A stretch of DNA of 61,471 nt, the filler included, from Diploschistes diacapsis (lineage: Eukaryota): assembly GCA_023645945.1 (NCBI GenBank). It is 4 parts of 4 records of this genome, joined end to end, with 100 filler letters (N's around TTAATTAATTAA, not from the genome) between each part and the next. Parts side by side here need not be neighbours in the genome. Positions count along the whole stretch, not along the records: positions 30,812 to 46,103 come from JALAIB010000559.1; positions 46,204 to 61,471 come from JALAIB010000560.1; 2 more parts are not named here. The stretch is one strand, 5' to 3'. The notes beneath the pieces were generated by a model that was not told the origin of the DNA, did not search any database, and saw only the letters and a list, made by a program, of their open reading frames with translations. How positions within the stretch are numbered: position 1 is the first letter of the stretch; every line of letters begins with the position of its first letter. Of this stretch, positions 39,950 to 51,275 are shown piece after piece. The translations under genes and the position numbers were made by a program.

Positions 39950-40680
39950 AAAACCCCTTACTTTTTATATCCATTCTCGACCTCGTCCTCGGTCTCGATT
40001 AAGACCATCCTCCTACCTTCCTACCTTACAGTAATACCTATCCGATTTAGTCCCTTTGCAAGAGAACGCTTTATATCCGAGTTGGTGACACTAACATTGC
40101 GTATGGCCTGTCCTCGGCTCGAATTATCCTTATAGAGCCTGACGCTCCCTTGCAGTCGAAGATCTAGTTCTATAATAAAACTCTAGCATCCGCGCTTCTC
40201 GTCTCGATATTAACCTTATTTTCTTTTCCTAGAGCTTTCTAACGTGAGCGCCAGGTACGACCGCTTTCTCTAGCTTCCTATTCCACCTCGTCTAACTTCT
40301 TTCTGCATCCCTGGATATTAATTCTGATGCGGTCCAACATTCCTAAGGTCTCTTATTACCCCTACATAACTCCAATTTATATTGCCTTCAATTGCTCCTC
40401 ATTCTCTGTTCAACCGCTATGGGTATTATTGCGGGACTAGTCTAATACTACTGTCATGCTCTTTTTGCCATTCCACTTGTATCAGGGAAGCTTAATTGGC
40501 TATCCGGTGGAGTCCTAGCTATTACTACATACGTGTTTGACCGCGTAGAGGGTGGGAATATACTTATCTCCTACAGTTTCTGCGTGATTTTTGCCTCCAA
40601 CTCCATCTGCTTGTACTCAAGTTCTTCGATTTGCTTGGTGTAATTTTTCGGCTTGTACGGTTAGTGCGTGCGTACTATAG
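39950..40680 (-). mobile_element. Degenerate LINE (Tad1-like) ORF1/gag relic
   Basis: Broken-frame translation gives TYVVIARTPPDSQ (~40500-40535), KAVVPGAHV (~40241-40268), LGKENKVNI (~40206-40232), DARVLL and FEPRTGHTQC*CHQLGYKAFSCK (~40055-40125, decayed CCHC knuckle). Many TAG/TAA stops; boundaries approximate. Confidence 0.75.
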
Positions 40681-41122
40681 AGCTTCTAACCGTTATCTTG
40701 GCAGTATGCAAAATCGGGTGTACACGTAATATGCGGCAGAAACTAATAATGCCCGCAGTTAGTGGCTGGAGTAGCAAGAAGGTTAATTGTATTGTCGATA
40801 CAACTGAGCTTAGCGTCCGTAATCTACCAAAACTAACGGTCACAATAACCGCTGCCGCCATCTCCTCCTACGTGCACACTTAAAATGCCAGTCTCTCCAG
40901 TTTTTAATGCTTTGAGAAGCGTTTCTCTTCTCAGTTTGCTTTTCGGTCTCACACTGGCAATTATATTGAGTCCCTGACTCTAGTAGCTGCATATGCGAAT
41001 TCTTCACCCACCTGATCTTCCCCGCCAGTCCTGTGCGATGATGAGGCACAAGCCAGCGCGCTCGGTCGACTTATCGTCCATATCTCTTGTTCAAGTCCAG
41101 CTTCTCAGCCTCGGTCAAGCCC

Positions 41123-41723
41123 ATGATGTGCGCCCTTCCTGGCCTGCTCATCTCCGAAGCCGTCTCTCCCACCACGTTTGCAGCCTTCGCTCCTTATCCT
41201 TGGCTTGCCGAAATACTCTCTAGCACTTCTTACATACCGGTGCAAACTTGCCACCAGCATCCCACTTCTAGCTTCCCATCGGCCTTTATGTCTACCACGC
41301 TTCGAACACCTGATGCAATCCGTGCAGTTCAATCCCCCTACCTCACAGCTCATCCTCCAAACCCAATGATCTGCCCAGAGGCGCATTGGTAGTCCGGCTG
41401 AACGGGGAGCTACTCACTCTTTACATTCTCGGCTCAGGTCCCAGTGGGCACCGGTTTCTCGCGCACGGTGGGCTCGTGGCGACACTGCTGGATCAACAGA
41501 TGGGGTCGCTGGTCATCGCAGACAGTGCCATAGTATACCCACGGACGGTATTTGTAATATAAGGTATCTGGGTGCCGTGAAGGCTGCAGGCGCTGTAAAG
41601 GTGCGGACATGGAAGACGAAGGCTGAGGGAAGGAAAGTCTGGATGAAGGCCGAGGTCTTGGGCAAGGAAGAAACATTGGCGGAGGCGGAGGCGATGTTTA
41701 TCGGGGAAAGAATGAAGTTGTAA
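41123..41723 (+). pseudogene. Hotdog-fold (PaaI/THEM4-like) thioesterase pseudogene
   Basis: YPWLAEIL...TLRTPDAI, then LGSGPSGHRFLAHGGLVATLLDQQMG, then IRYLGAV...EGRKVW...AEAEAMF. At least two frameshifts (~41380, ~41552). Confidence 0.78.
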
Positions 41724-42319
41724 GGGGAGGAAAACAGAAAATTTGGCGGAACCTTGATTGCTTAACAGACGCTTGTACTAGTCAAGGCAAGGCATGGGAG
41801 CTCGGGGAACAGCTTCAAGCAGTCACAGGTCAATACGCAAGGCAAAGCATAAGGCATGTTTATGATCGTTCTATCCCGAGCCAATCTAATTGTTGATACT
41901 AAATACCGTAGGACCTGCTTTGGTGATATCCTCTCATATTCAACACTTGTATTGCGGTCATCGAAGCTCAGACCTGTGTACCGGGGCCCGCTTTTTGCTG
42001 AGGGAGCTATCCCTAAGTGAATATCTGTGACAGTGCTGCTGGGTTCTTGTGCAATGGCAATGCATCCTTCTCTACTGCTATATCTCACCAATCCACTACC
42101 CCGTCTCCAGCTTGATTGCTATCGCATCCTTGCAAGGAAGCGTTCGCAGTTCTTGTCCATTGTGCCGTATGCACGCTGGTGCTTAAATGCTATTCAAGAA
42201 AAAGTTTTCCTCGGAGACGGCTGGGCACCGCTTAGAAAAACAAAGCCTCATCCGTTTGTATGCCCCTGCAGCTTCTTACTTCTAGCTTCTAGCTTCTAGT
42301 TCCTTTCTGTGTGACCAAT

Positions 42320-43483
42320 ATGTCGCTGAGTCCGGGTGAGATCCAGTACCAAAAGGATCATGCGAGTGACACAGCTGTCGCTCGCCTTGTTGCGGTCTTT
42401 GTTATTTGCTTCGTCATTTCCTATGTTGCCATATCTCTGAGGTTTGTTTCGCGGCGACTCAACAGAACCAAGCTCGGCACTGATGACTGGCTAATGTTGT
42501 TGTCAGGGGCAAGTTGCCTCTTCCTGGAAGTTCTGCTGCCGTTGTCACTGACATTTGAATACATAGCTCTTCACGACGGCTTTTCTTTCACTGAACGTGG
42601 TCCTGACCCATCTTGGCCTTGGACGGCACGCAATCCTCATCCAAAATCTTGAAAGCTTTGTTCTACTACGTACAATCAAGACTCAATCTCAGCAGATCGC
42701 TCATCAGTCAAAGGGCTATACCATGCTTGAAGTGTTATATACTATCACTATCTTCATCATCAAGCTATCCACTCTTTACCTTTGGCATCGCTTGTTCCCT
42801 GGTCGGGGGCTTTACCACTTCACTCTACGTTGTTGGTGGTATCCTTACCGCTTATTCAATAACCCAGCTAGTTGGCGTCGTTACACAGTGCGTTCCCCTA
42901 AGCTCACTCTGGGATCCGTCCGTGCCAGGAACTTGCATCAACCTTGATACCGTCTTTGTAGTCTGCAGCTCCTTGAATATCGCCACCGATTTCTGCATAC
43001 TTATTCTACCCATCTCTGAAGGTCAGCATGAAGCAGAAGCTGCAACTTACTATCATGTTTTGCTTGAGCAGTTTTGTCCTAGTCATCAGTATCATTCGTA
43101 TTCCCAAGCTTACTGGAATCTCCCAAACTGACCAAAGTTGTATGTAGTGCTGACCCAAAGGGGTGCTTCATTGCTCACGATATGTAGGGACTTTGACGGA
43201 CAGCGCCATCTGGACGTCTTTGGAGTGCGCCGTAGCCACTCTGAGTGCTTGTCTCCCTACCATGTGGCCATTCTACTCACGTTTGATCGGCCACAGAACC
43301 CAAAACTGTCGAACTGCAATTTACACACATAAGAGGCCGGGAAAGCTGACCTGGGGTGGTCGAAGCACGAAGCAACGCAAGCCTGATGAGTCGCTGACCG
43401 ATACCCGGCCGATCACTGAAGATCAGGAGACCGGATACGGGTCATATACACCACTTGATGAGATACCGCCACAAACGAAGTGA
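42320..43483 (+). pseudogene. Pth11-like (rhodopsin-domain, CFEM-less) membrane protein pseudogene
   Basis: LRFVSRR...DDWL, GLGRH, IKLSTL, QCVPLSSLWD...C, NIATDFCILILP, WTSLECAVATLSACLP. Frameshifts at ~42808 and ~43012; one donor appears mutated (CTACGT). Confidence 0.82.
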
Positions 43484-44132
43484 AGGCATTTTTGCCAGAA
43501 GACATACGCAAGTTCTTCCTGGTGAAGGGGGGCCTTGAGGAACGGAGGGCTGGCTTCACATGAGCTTCGGGGCATATCAGTATGTCTTGAACTTTTCATA
43601 TCATGAAAATGCTCTACGGATTTTGAGGTCTTGGGACGGGGAGCATTTCCTTGGGTATGGACATGGATTTTGAACCGGCCCGCCATTAGACGCTGTTGCC
43701 AACATTTTGAAGCACGTTCTAGAGCCCCATCCAACCTTGCATCATGTAAATACTACTGAGCCTCAATCGAGGTGTAATGCCCTGTTCTTAGGTTGCAAGA
43801 ATGACTGGGCTTCCCACCTCCAGCGATCGACGTGAACCTGCGTCAGGTTGGCCGCATGTGCCATCGATTAACTTCCTGGGGCACGGGATGCTTTGCCACT
43901 CCGATGTCACAAATTCTCTTCTCTACACAAAAGCTAGGCAGAGCCTTGATGGTGACCGTGCTTACAACCACAGACCCTCGAGATTTATAAGAAGGGTCGA
44001 ACCCCTTTCTTTTCAATTCTGCTCCAGTGATTTTCCCTTTTCTCAGCTAGTTTTCACATTCTTGCCAAAGCACGCATAGTGCGATCAAGCCCTCGAGTAG
44101 CTACACGAAAAAGAGATAGGAGCATTTACATA

Positions 44133-45183
44133 ATGGCAGCTCACGGCTCTGTTCAAGAAGCGTACATGCTTGGACACGGCTTCAAGGAGTCGGCAAGGTA
44201 TTTCTAGAGTCCATCCTACTACTAGGTCTTGCATATACAACACAACTTCTCGCGTGCTGATACTTTGTCGAGCTGGATAGGTTGCACGTTCAGCATTGGA
44301 TGTGGGGCCAGCGTATTGGCTGGCAGTTGCACCCCAGGGTCGAGGCGTCGCAAAGAGCTCTTGATGTTGTCGATATCGGTTGTGGAAATGCGTGAGTACC
44401 GGCCACATTCATTCACAGTTGACGGGCTCCCTTCCAAGCTGCCCAATAGGAGACGCCATCGGGCCCGAACATGGCACTTTGCCAGCTCTGTCAACACCCT
44501 TCGATGACAGATGCTGGCTTTTGGAACTTGCCCGCCACAGGCCCGATACCTGGCGCTTTCACGGTCTCGACAACTCCATCGCCAACTTTCCCGCCAGAGA
44601 TCACCTTCCCGCAAACGTGACCTTGCAGCAATGCGACGTCTTCGATGTTATCCCGGAGGAGCTCCATGGCCAATTTGATGTCGTCCATGTCCGCACCTTC
44701 TGTGTCGTTGTCAAGGGTGGCGATGCCAGACCTGTTGCTTGAAACCTGGTGAAGCTTCTTAAGCCTGGCGGCTACGTGCAGTGGGACGAAGCCGACTGCG
44801 CGTCCTTCAACGCACACGCTCCAAATCTTGCGATATCGAATGCCAAGGCTGCTACGCTACTTGATCGCTGGCAGCATTTCACGCGGAAGAGCGACTTGAG
44901 GTTCGACTGGCTGTCGGATCTACCCGGTTTGCTACGCGGACAGGGCCTCGTTGTGCTTGATGCTTTTCGTATGCCAATTTCTGACGACTTGCGCAAACCT
45001 AGCACCGATGACCTTGTAACGGGTCTCGAGGAGATTGGCCGTCTAGCGAGTAATCATGATCCGGAGTTGCTGGGAACACCAGAAGAGTGGAACGAGCTAT
45101 TCAATGGCCTTATTGAGGATGTTGGACGAGGCGTGACAATAAGTATGGATATGGTGGTCGCGCTGGGCCAGAAGAGAAAGTAG
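44133..45183 (+). pseudogene. Class I SAM-dependent methyltransferase with an in-frame TGA
   Basis: YMLGHGFKESA/RLHVQHWMW...LHP...VVDIGCGN/WLLEL...FDVVHVR...PVA*NLVKLLKPGGYVQWDE; TGA at 44740-44742; two introns. Confidence 0.8.
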
Positions 45184-45427
45184 CCAAACACAGTACTTGG
45201 GGAGGGACCTGGAGTGCTCCAGATTGTTAAATGCTGCTTGGCTAGCCTTCGCTGCCGTTGAGATTTACTAGCTTCACGAGGACTATTGTTTGGCTCGGGT
45301 TCCCTATTGATACGATCTTCTTGGGAGCAATACACTGTCTTTCCTTAGCTAGCTAGATTATACTATATACATGGCACGATTCCGGGATGCCGCTAACGAA
45401 CGTGAGATGCTTGATCGAGCTTGAGCT

Positions 45428-45760
45428 GTGCTGAAAAGATTTCAAATATTGCAAGATTCAGAAACGAGGATCAAGTGGCGGAAACAGGTAAGAGAATGGG
45501 CTCGAGATCCGCAAGGCAAGTGTATCTTCTGGCTGAATGTATGGCCGGCGCTGGGAAATGGGCTATATCGCGAACTGTCGCCCAAGACTTCGCTGATCAA
45601 GGCCACCTTGGAGCCAGCTTCTTTTTCAAAAGAGGACAAGGCGATCGTGGTAATGCTTCGCGATTTTTAACCGCCATTATAACCCAACTTATGCAACATC
45701 TTCCTGGCTTGATACCTTATGTGAGAAAGCCCTTGAAGCAGACCCTACCATACCAGACTT
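45428..45760 (+). pseudogene. NACHT (fungal NLR/HET-E-like) domain fragment
   Basis: WARDPQGKCIFWLN, frameshift, MAGAGKWAISRTVA (decayed GMAGTGKSTISRT P-loop), LGASFFFKRGQGDRGNA; truncated. Confidence 0.82.
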
Positions 45761-46103
45761 GGCAGCAATCAACTCAGACTCAACCTTAGTTGATTGAGTC
45801 GAATGAGTTCAAAATTGAGTTCATGGTATAGGGTAGGTGCCCCATCTCAAGGGTAGTTAGTCCTCTGCTTTCGGAGATAACCCTCGTCCAACACACTTAG
45901 CGGGTTTTACCTAGGCCTCAAACCCCGAAAAGATTACCCCACGTTTATCCGCCCATAACCGAGCGCATCGGGAGGCTCTCTTAGCTCTTCCACCCACCAA
46001 GTCTCGACAAAGAACATCCACATCTCCAGCAACCAGCCATGCACCGCCCAAGCCTTTACCAGCTCTCCTTCTTTTCCTTCCGTTCCCTCCGCCCTCTCCG
46101 CCC

Positions 46104-46203
46104 NNNNNNNNNNNNNNNNNNNNNNNNNNNNNNNNNNNNNNNNNNNNTTAATTAATTAANNNNNNNNNNNNNNNNNNNNNNNNNNNNNNNNNNNNNNNNN
46201 NNN
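46104..46203. other. Artificial contig spacer
   Basis: N44-TTAATTAATTAA-N44. Confidence 0.98.
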
Positions 46204-47080
46204 AACGGAGGCCGATAAAGAATAAAAGCTCGAAAAGATTCTCGACGTTAAGAAATGTCTCGGGCGAGAACTAAACGTTTAATACAAAATACGTTATATA
46301 AGATGGTTAATCGACGATAATTAATATCCCGTCACGAATTTTTCAAAATGATTTTAATATTCTACGGGAATTTTATTAACTAAATCCCGAAAAGATAAAA
46401 TCCTTATAATTAATAACGCTCGGAGACAGGTAACCGACGCTAGTAAGAACTATAAATAAAAACGAACCTTTAAAATGAGGCGATATCGATCATCACGATA
46501 ATCACGTTTTCTTATAGAACCTAAAAGTATATTTAATTAAAAACGACGTTAAAAAGGGTTTAAAAATACGGAAATAATTATTACGAAAAAATAACAGATA
46601 TCTTTTTGATCGAATACGGCAAAGAAATAAAAATCGAAATATAATTTAACCGAAAAGGACCTAACGTTCATTAACAACACAAGTATCTAGAAAGGAAAAT
46701 AATAGAACAGCTTAGCCTTACCATAATAGTTTAGCCCTGCCGTGACCGCCAAAACCGCCAAGGATCGAGGAGAGATCCCACCGAGGATAGCCGCTGCCAG
46801 CCGTTCTGAGGGTGTGTCAAAGGATCGGTGTATAAACGGATAATAACCGAAACCTTATAAAATTAATATTTATATTATTTATTTATACCACCCTTTTATT
46901 TAAATAATTTCTTTTCTAACTTTTCAAATCGAGACCCTTTATTTACAAAATATTTAATTACACGTAATCCTTCCGGATCAGGCTCAGCCCCCGGTAATGT
47001 AATACTCATTCCTGCGCTGGCGTTTTAATCGTAATATCAAAATAATTAACCGCTTTAAACTTAAAAGATTAAAGATTTTT
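46204..47080 (+). mobile_element. RIP-mutated AT-rich repeat with chromodomain relic (probable Ty3/gypsy chromovirus 3' end)
   Basis: E*KLEKILDVKK...V*YKIRYIRWLIDDN*YPVTNF...ILREFY*LNPEK at ~46220-46395, with stops at likely Trp/Gln codons. TpA is abundant, CpA/TpG scarce, CpG retained. Confidence 0.7.
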
Positions 47081-47090
47081 TTGGGAGTTG

Positions 47091-47164
47091 TGGCAGCAGT
47101 GGGATTCGAACCCACGACCTAAAGCTCTGTTAGCAGTCGTTTTCACCATCCGACCATGGCCGCC
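47091..47164 (-). pseudogene. tRNA-like element (Leu-type ends), anticodon arm defective
   Basis: GGCGGC...TGCTGCCA acceptor, D-stem GTCG/CGAC, perfect T-arm GTGGG-TTCGAAT-CCCAC; only a 3-bp GCT/AGC central arm. Confidence 0.7.
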
Positions 47165-47178
47165 ATAGATATAAGTCT

Positions 47179-47266
47179 GGTAGCATGATCGAATGGTGAA
47201 GACGACTACTGGATGACCTTATTGTTGAAAGATAAAAAGTGGTGCATTCGATACCCACTGCTACCA
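47179..47266 (+). pseudogene. Second, more degenerate tRNA-like element
   Basis: Perfect 7-bp acceptor GGTAGCA/TGCTACC plus A; D region nearly identical to the neighbouring copy; TTCGA loop remnant. Confidence 0.55.
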
Positions 47267-49763
47267 CTTTCTGACTACTCTTTATTCCAGGCTTAGCATG
47301 CTGGACCCCATCTAATTTATTAACTATTCTCGGCGCTACGGACGACAACTTCATACATTAATAACAACACATCACGACTTGGGTTAGCAGATCCGACAAA
47401 ATTGGTGCGGGGTAATCACCACTAAGTTTTCAATGATTGTGTCGCAATACGAGAGATATTATCACGTGACATGAACTTGTGTGCGCTTACCAAATGACTT
47501 GAGAAAGACTTAGTTTGTAATTTGACCTAACTTAGCGCGTACGCTGATGAATTGTCAGCCCTACGAGTAATCATCTCGGATTGTATTCCTACTATCCTCG
47601 AACGCTACCATAGTTGTAAACGCTACCATTAACCCTTTTGGAAACCAATACATCACTCTCTTGGATCAAGCTATCCAACGATAAGCTTTCACAAGTCGTT
47701 CCGCATCGGGACTTGCCGTTCGCAATGATGTTACATCGCACAGAACAACCACTGCATCCCTGCCTGCTTGCGGCAAATTAACACTCGTCTAAGAGCTAAA
47801 GGCCCATAGCGCCGTTCTTATTTGATATGCTCGAATTGCGGATGCGCGAACGATGCTTATTGGTAATATGCGATCGTGAGTCGAGGGTATTCGACTGCTT
47901 CAATCGATGCTTGGGGCACCCGAACGTCTCAAAGCTCGTGATCAAGCCCTGGGTTCTCCAGGCAGCTGCTGTGGACAAAGACGATGGCCAGAGCAGAAGC
48001 TTGCCGCAACCGTTACGTCGCACAGAAATCTGTTTCCGGAAAGATCTTCGGTATTCAGTTTTGCATTCCTCACAAACGAACCATGGATACAACATGGCCA
48101 CTACTGTCACCAACTCTTGCTGAGCAACTCTGCTATCAACTTCAACACCCAATAGTATCCCGTAGACAATGCTCAGAGAGTTGAACGGTTGAAAATTGTA
48201 GCCACCAGTTCTCTAAGCCTGAGAATTTCGGATGCAAGCTAAACTAGTAATCCGGACATTCAAACCAAAACAAGCCAGCAGTCTAGGCTGTGAGAAATCA
48301 AAATCAAGTCATCACAACTGCTGGTAAACGCCCAGAATGTTCTTGTAAGGCGCAAAAGAGGATCCGTCCTGAACTCAGAGCGATGCAATGCTGCAGGCGT
48401 CCAGACAATGGAAGACGCTGGATTGAAATGACACTGTTACCAGAAGCACATATTCATTGCCATCACAGACTGCATCGCAACCGACACTAGCCATAGCGAA
48501 AACGGGGAGAAGTTTGGACAGGAATGTGCCAGCCACTTTTCAGCCAAGTTTTTGCCTGCTGCATGTGGCTTCAAGCTTCACTCATGCACGAGCGTTTAGC
48601 TGCGGATGCACAGCGACTAAATCAGACTTCTGTACGGCCTGTGCTTCCACCGGGATGACCCATAGTTCAGACTTCCCTTACAATCCATGCCTCGTCCAGT
48701 GGTTTCAAGAGATAGCTGTGCTGGTAGTACAAAAATGTGACGTCCAAAAATCTGTCACCCAGGCTGATAAGTTTGACGCTGGTCACGTCAAATGCTCCGC
48801 TACTTATTAGCTATATAGCACTCAACGCGCTAGATGCTAAGCTAAAACCCTGGACTGCCGCTCTGTATTCCCCGTAGCCTGGAGGACAAACTTTGGCCGC
48901 ATCCGGAAGACGCTGCTAACACCCTAGAAGTGAAGTACGCATGCTCTGGATGGCTTCTGACAGGAACTCTTAGGGCGAATTAAGCTTGCAGTGTTGTTCG
49001 ACGCTCCGTAGCCTAGAACAAAGGGTAATAGCTTCGTCGCGGCTGCGTCTCTGCCAATCATCTGTCCCGGCCAGCTGGGCCATACGCTGAGGACAAAGAG
49101 TCCAACAAGACATTCATCCGTTTCGGGACTTCACTAACTGACCATCACGGGTCCTGTGAAGGCATCTGGGCCTGCAGCACTAGGACGAGCTTCCGGAAAC
49201 TGCTTCTACCTGTCCGCAGTGCAGACGGGAGCGTTAGTAGTCCAAACCACTTCTTTAGGTCGGCATGTACCTCTTGATTTTAGACAAACCACTAATCCAA
49301 CCCAAGCACTTAACCCGGCATGGTATGATAAGGCTGTGAGTTTCCATTGGGGTTCAGCCACACGATTGAAAGGAAGTTCAAGATAACTCGTATTAACCGC
49401 GGGCACTTAAGGGCCTTACTTAGAAACTCCACTGGAAGTCCTCTTCGTTCTGACGTCCCGTTACCGATCGCCAGGAAGGCAAGCTGGAAGTTGTTGCTCC
49501 CCAAAACTCAGTCCCTGTTTGACAGCTCCAAACCGTCACTACTATAACCGCATTCTTGCAGAGGAACATTCCCTTCGAGCTGTTGCTGAATCATCGAGAG
49601 TGGGTTGCAATCAGTGGACCTTTAGACGATCAGCAGTTGTGCACTTAGAATCTCCGAACAACGGACGAGCTCTCAGAAATACAACCAGCCTAGGTGAATC
49701 TTCTTTGTCTCGCCAAGGTATATCGAGAGCGAGCCGTATACACCACGGAGGTATTGGGAAAGT

Positions 49764-51275
49764 ATGCCAGCCGGTATCTCTGGTGACGACCTCTTTCCAT
49801 CATTCTCCAATTCTTTGCCGAAAGAGTATGCAACGATGGCGCACGATATGCCTCGAAATATTTCATCGCCGTATAGTCATGACGATAGAAGCACGCCTGT
49901 ACCTCAGTACATCAGTTCAGAGCATAGTACAACATATAGTTCTCCTGGTTCGCACCACTGGGCACAGGATGGCTTTGTGAATGAACAGCATTCGAGCTCC
50001 TACCCGTATGCGTATCCTAATCCAGAACTTGTGGGAAACGTGAGTCAGGACAAAAATACACTGCAGAGGATGCTAACAACAACCCGGTAACAGTCACCTT
50101 ATCAGACCTATGGCCGAAGTACCCCAGCCTCGGACAGATCAGATCGCAGCATTGGAGACTCAAGATACCAAGGGGGACCTCAATGGACAAGACCGCAGAA
50201 CGCAAGCAAACCAAAAGCCAAGAAGAAAAAGAAAGGAGAGGATAATGGGAAAACCGGCATGCCTGCAGACCAGCCTGTTCCAATATTATCAAAGGACACA
50301 GATGCCCCTATACAAGACATTGAGCGCTTCGTCAATCGATCGATAGAGGCTAGAAGAAAGGAGGTGGAGGGGAAGAACGGCTACAGGCCGCGACCAATGA
50401 ACAACTTCATGCTCTACCGCAAGGCGTATCAGGAAAAGGCAAAACAGGTATCTAGCCAGAACAACCATCAAGTGGTATCCGTGATTGTTGCAGCTAGCTG
50501 GAAAAATGAACCAGCCGAGGTGAAGGACAAGTTCGCCAAGTATGCGCAGATCGAAAAGGACAATCATATTCTCGCATTTCCGGACTATCAATTCAGGCCG
50601 AACAAATCGCAAAAGCCAAAAAAAAGGAAACCAGGCTTCGACACCGATGACGATAGCTGGGCAGATCTCGACGACACTAACGATCCCGAATGGGGAAGAA
50701 GCTCTTCCAAAAGGCCAAGGCCGAGACAAACTAAACAGACCGTGTACGATCAAGATTACGGTTTCTCTACCGACTTCGGACAACCAGCATATGGGATACC
50801 GTATCACAGCGATCCGAGATCGACGTTTGGGACATTGAGTCCGGCAAAACCGTCTCCAATACCTATACATGAGCAGGCTCAAGATATGTACTACAACAAC
50901 AGGTTGCCAAATCCTTACCAAGATTTGCAGTTCGACGATGCCCAATGGATTTCTGGCAGAGTAAATGTGCCATTCCCCTCACACACTAGCGCATTGCCTG
51001 GGACAGGGGACGCTTTGCTGAATCCGGATGACTTTGGTCCAGTAGTACATTATGATACCTCGCACTTGAGTCGCCTGGATCCTTTGCTGGTAACAGAAGA
51101 TACTGGTGCTAATGGGGCTTTCACGCAAAGTGCCTTTGAGAATCTTAACAATCTTGGTCTCGAGAGCGGATGGGAAGATCATAGGCCATCTTTAAGCGGA
51201 GCAATATTGACCGCTGGCCAGAATGAGAGTGCAGTGTACGACGAGGAGCAGTTTGCGCAGTTCCTGAAGTCCTGA
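49764..51275 (+). CDS. HMG-box transcription factor, probably Ste11/fmf-1/PaHMG5-like sexual-development regulator
   Basis: RPRPMNNFMLYRKAYQ...QNNHQVVSVIVAASWKNE...EKDNHILAFPDYQFRP. Intron ~50040-50093 (GTGAGT...CTAAC...CAG). Start uncertain; orthology is from memory of the family. Confidence 0.8.

Noticed and set aside
39900..46103. Starship element or intact secondary-metabolite cluster
   Set aside because: No DUF3435 tyrosine recombinase, PKS, NRPS or terpene synthase visible; kept only as a decay-zone hypothesis.
45830..47080. A single transposon spanning the third gap
   Set aside because: The two sides are different contigs with no evidence of adjacency.
46810..47080. Defined LTR starting at TGTCAAAGG
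   Set aside because: No second copy, clear TG...CA boundary or TSD in the window.
49764..51275. HMG box as MAT1-2-1 / mating-type locus
   Set aside because: No APN2 or SLA2 flanks, no intron within the HMG box, and the NNHQVVS-type box fits the non-MAT Ste11-like group better.
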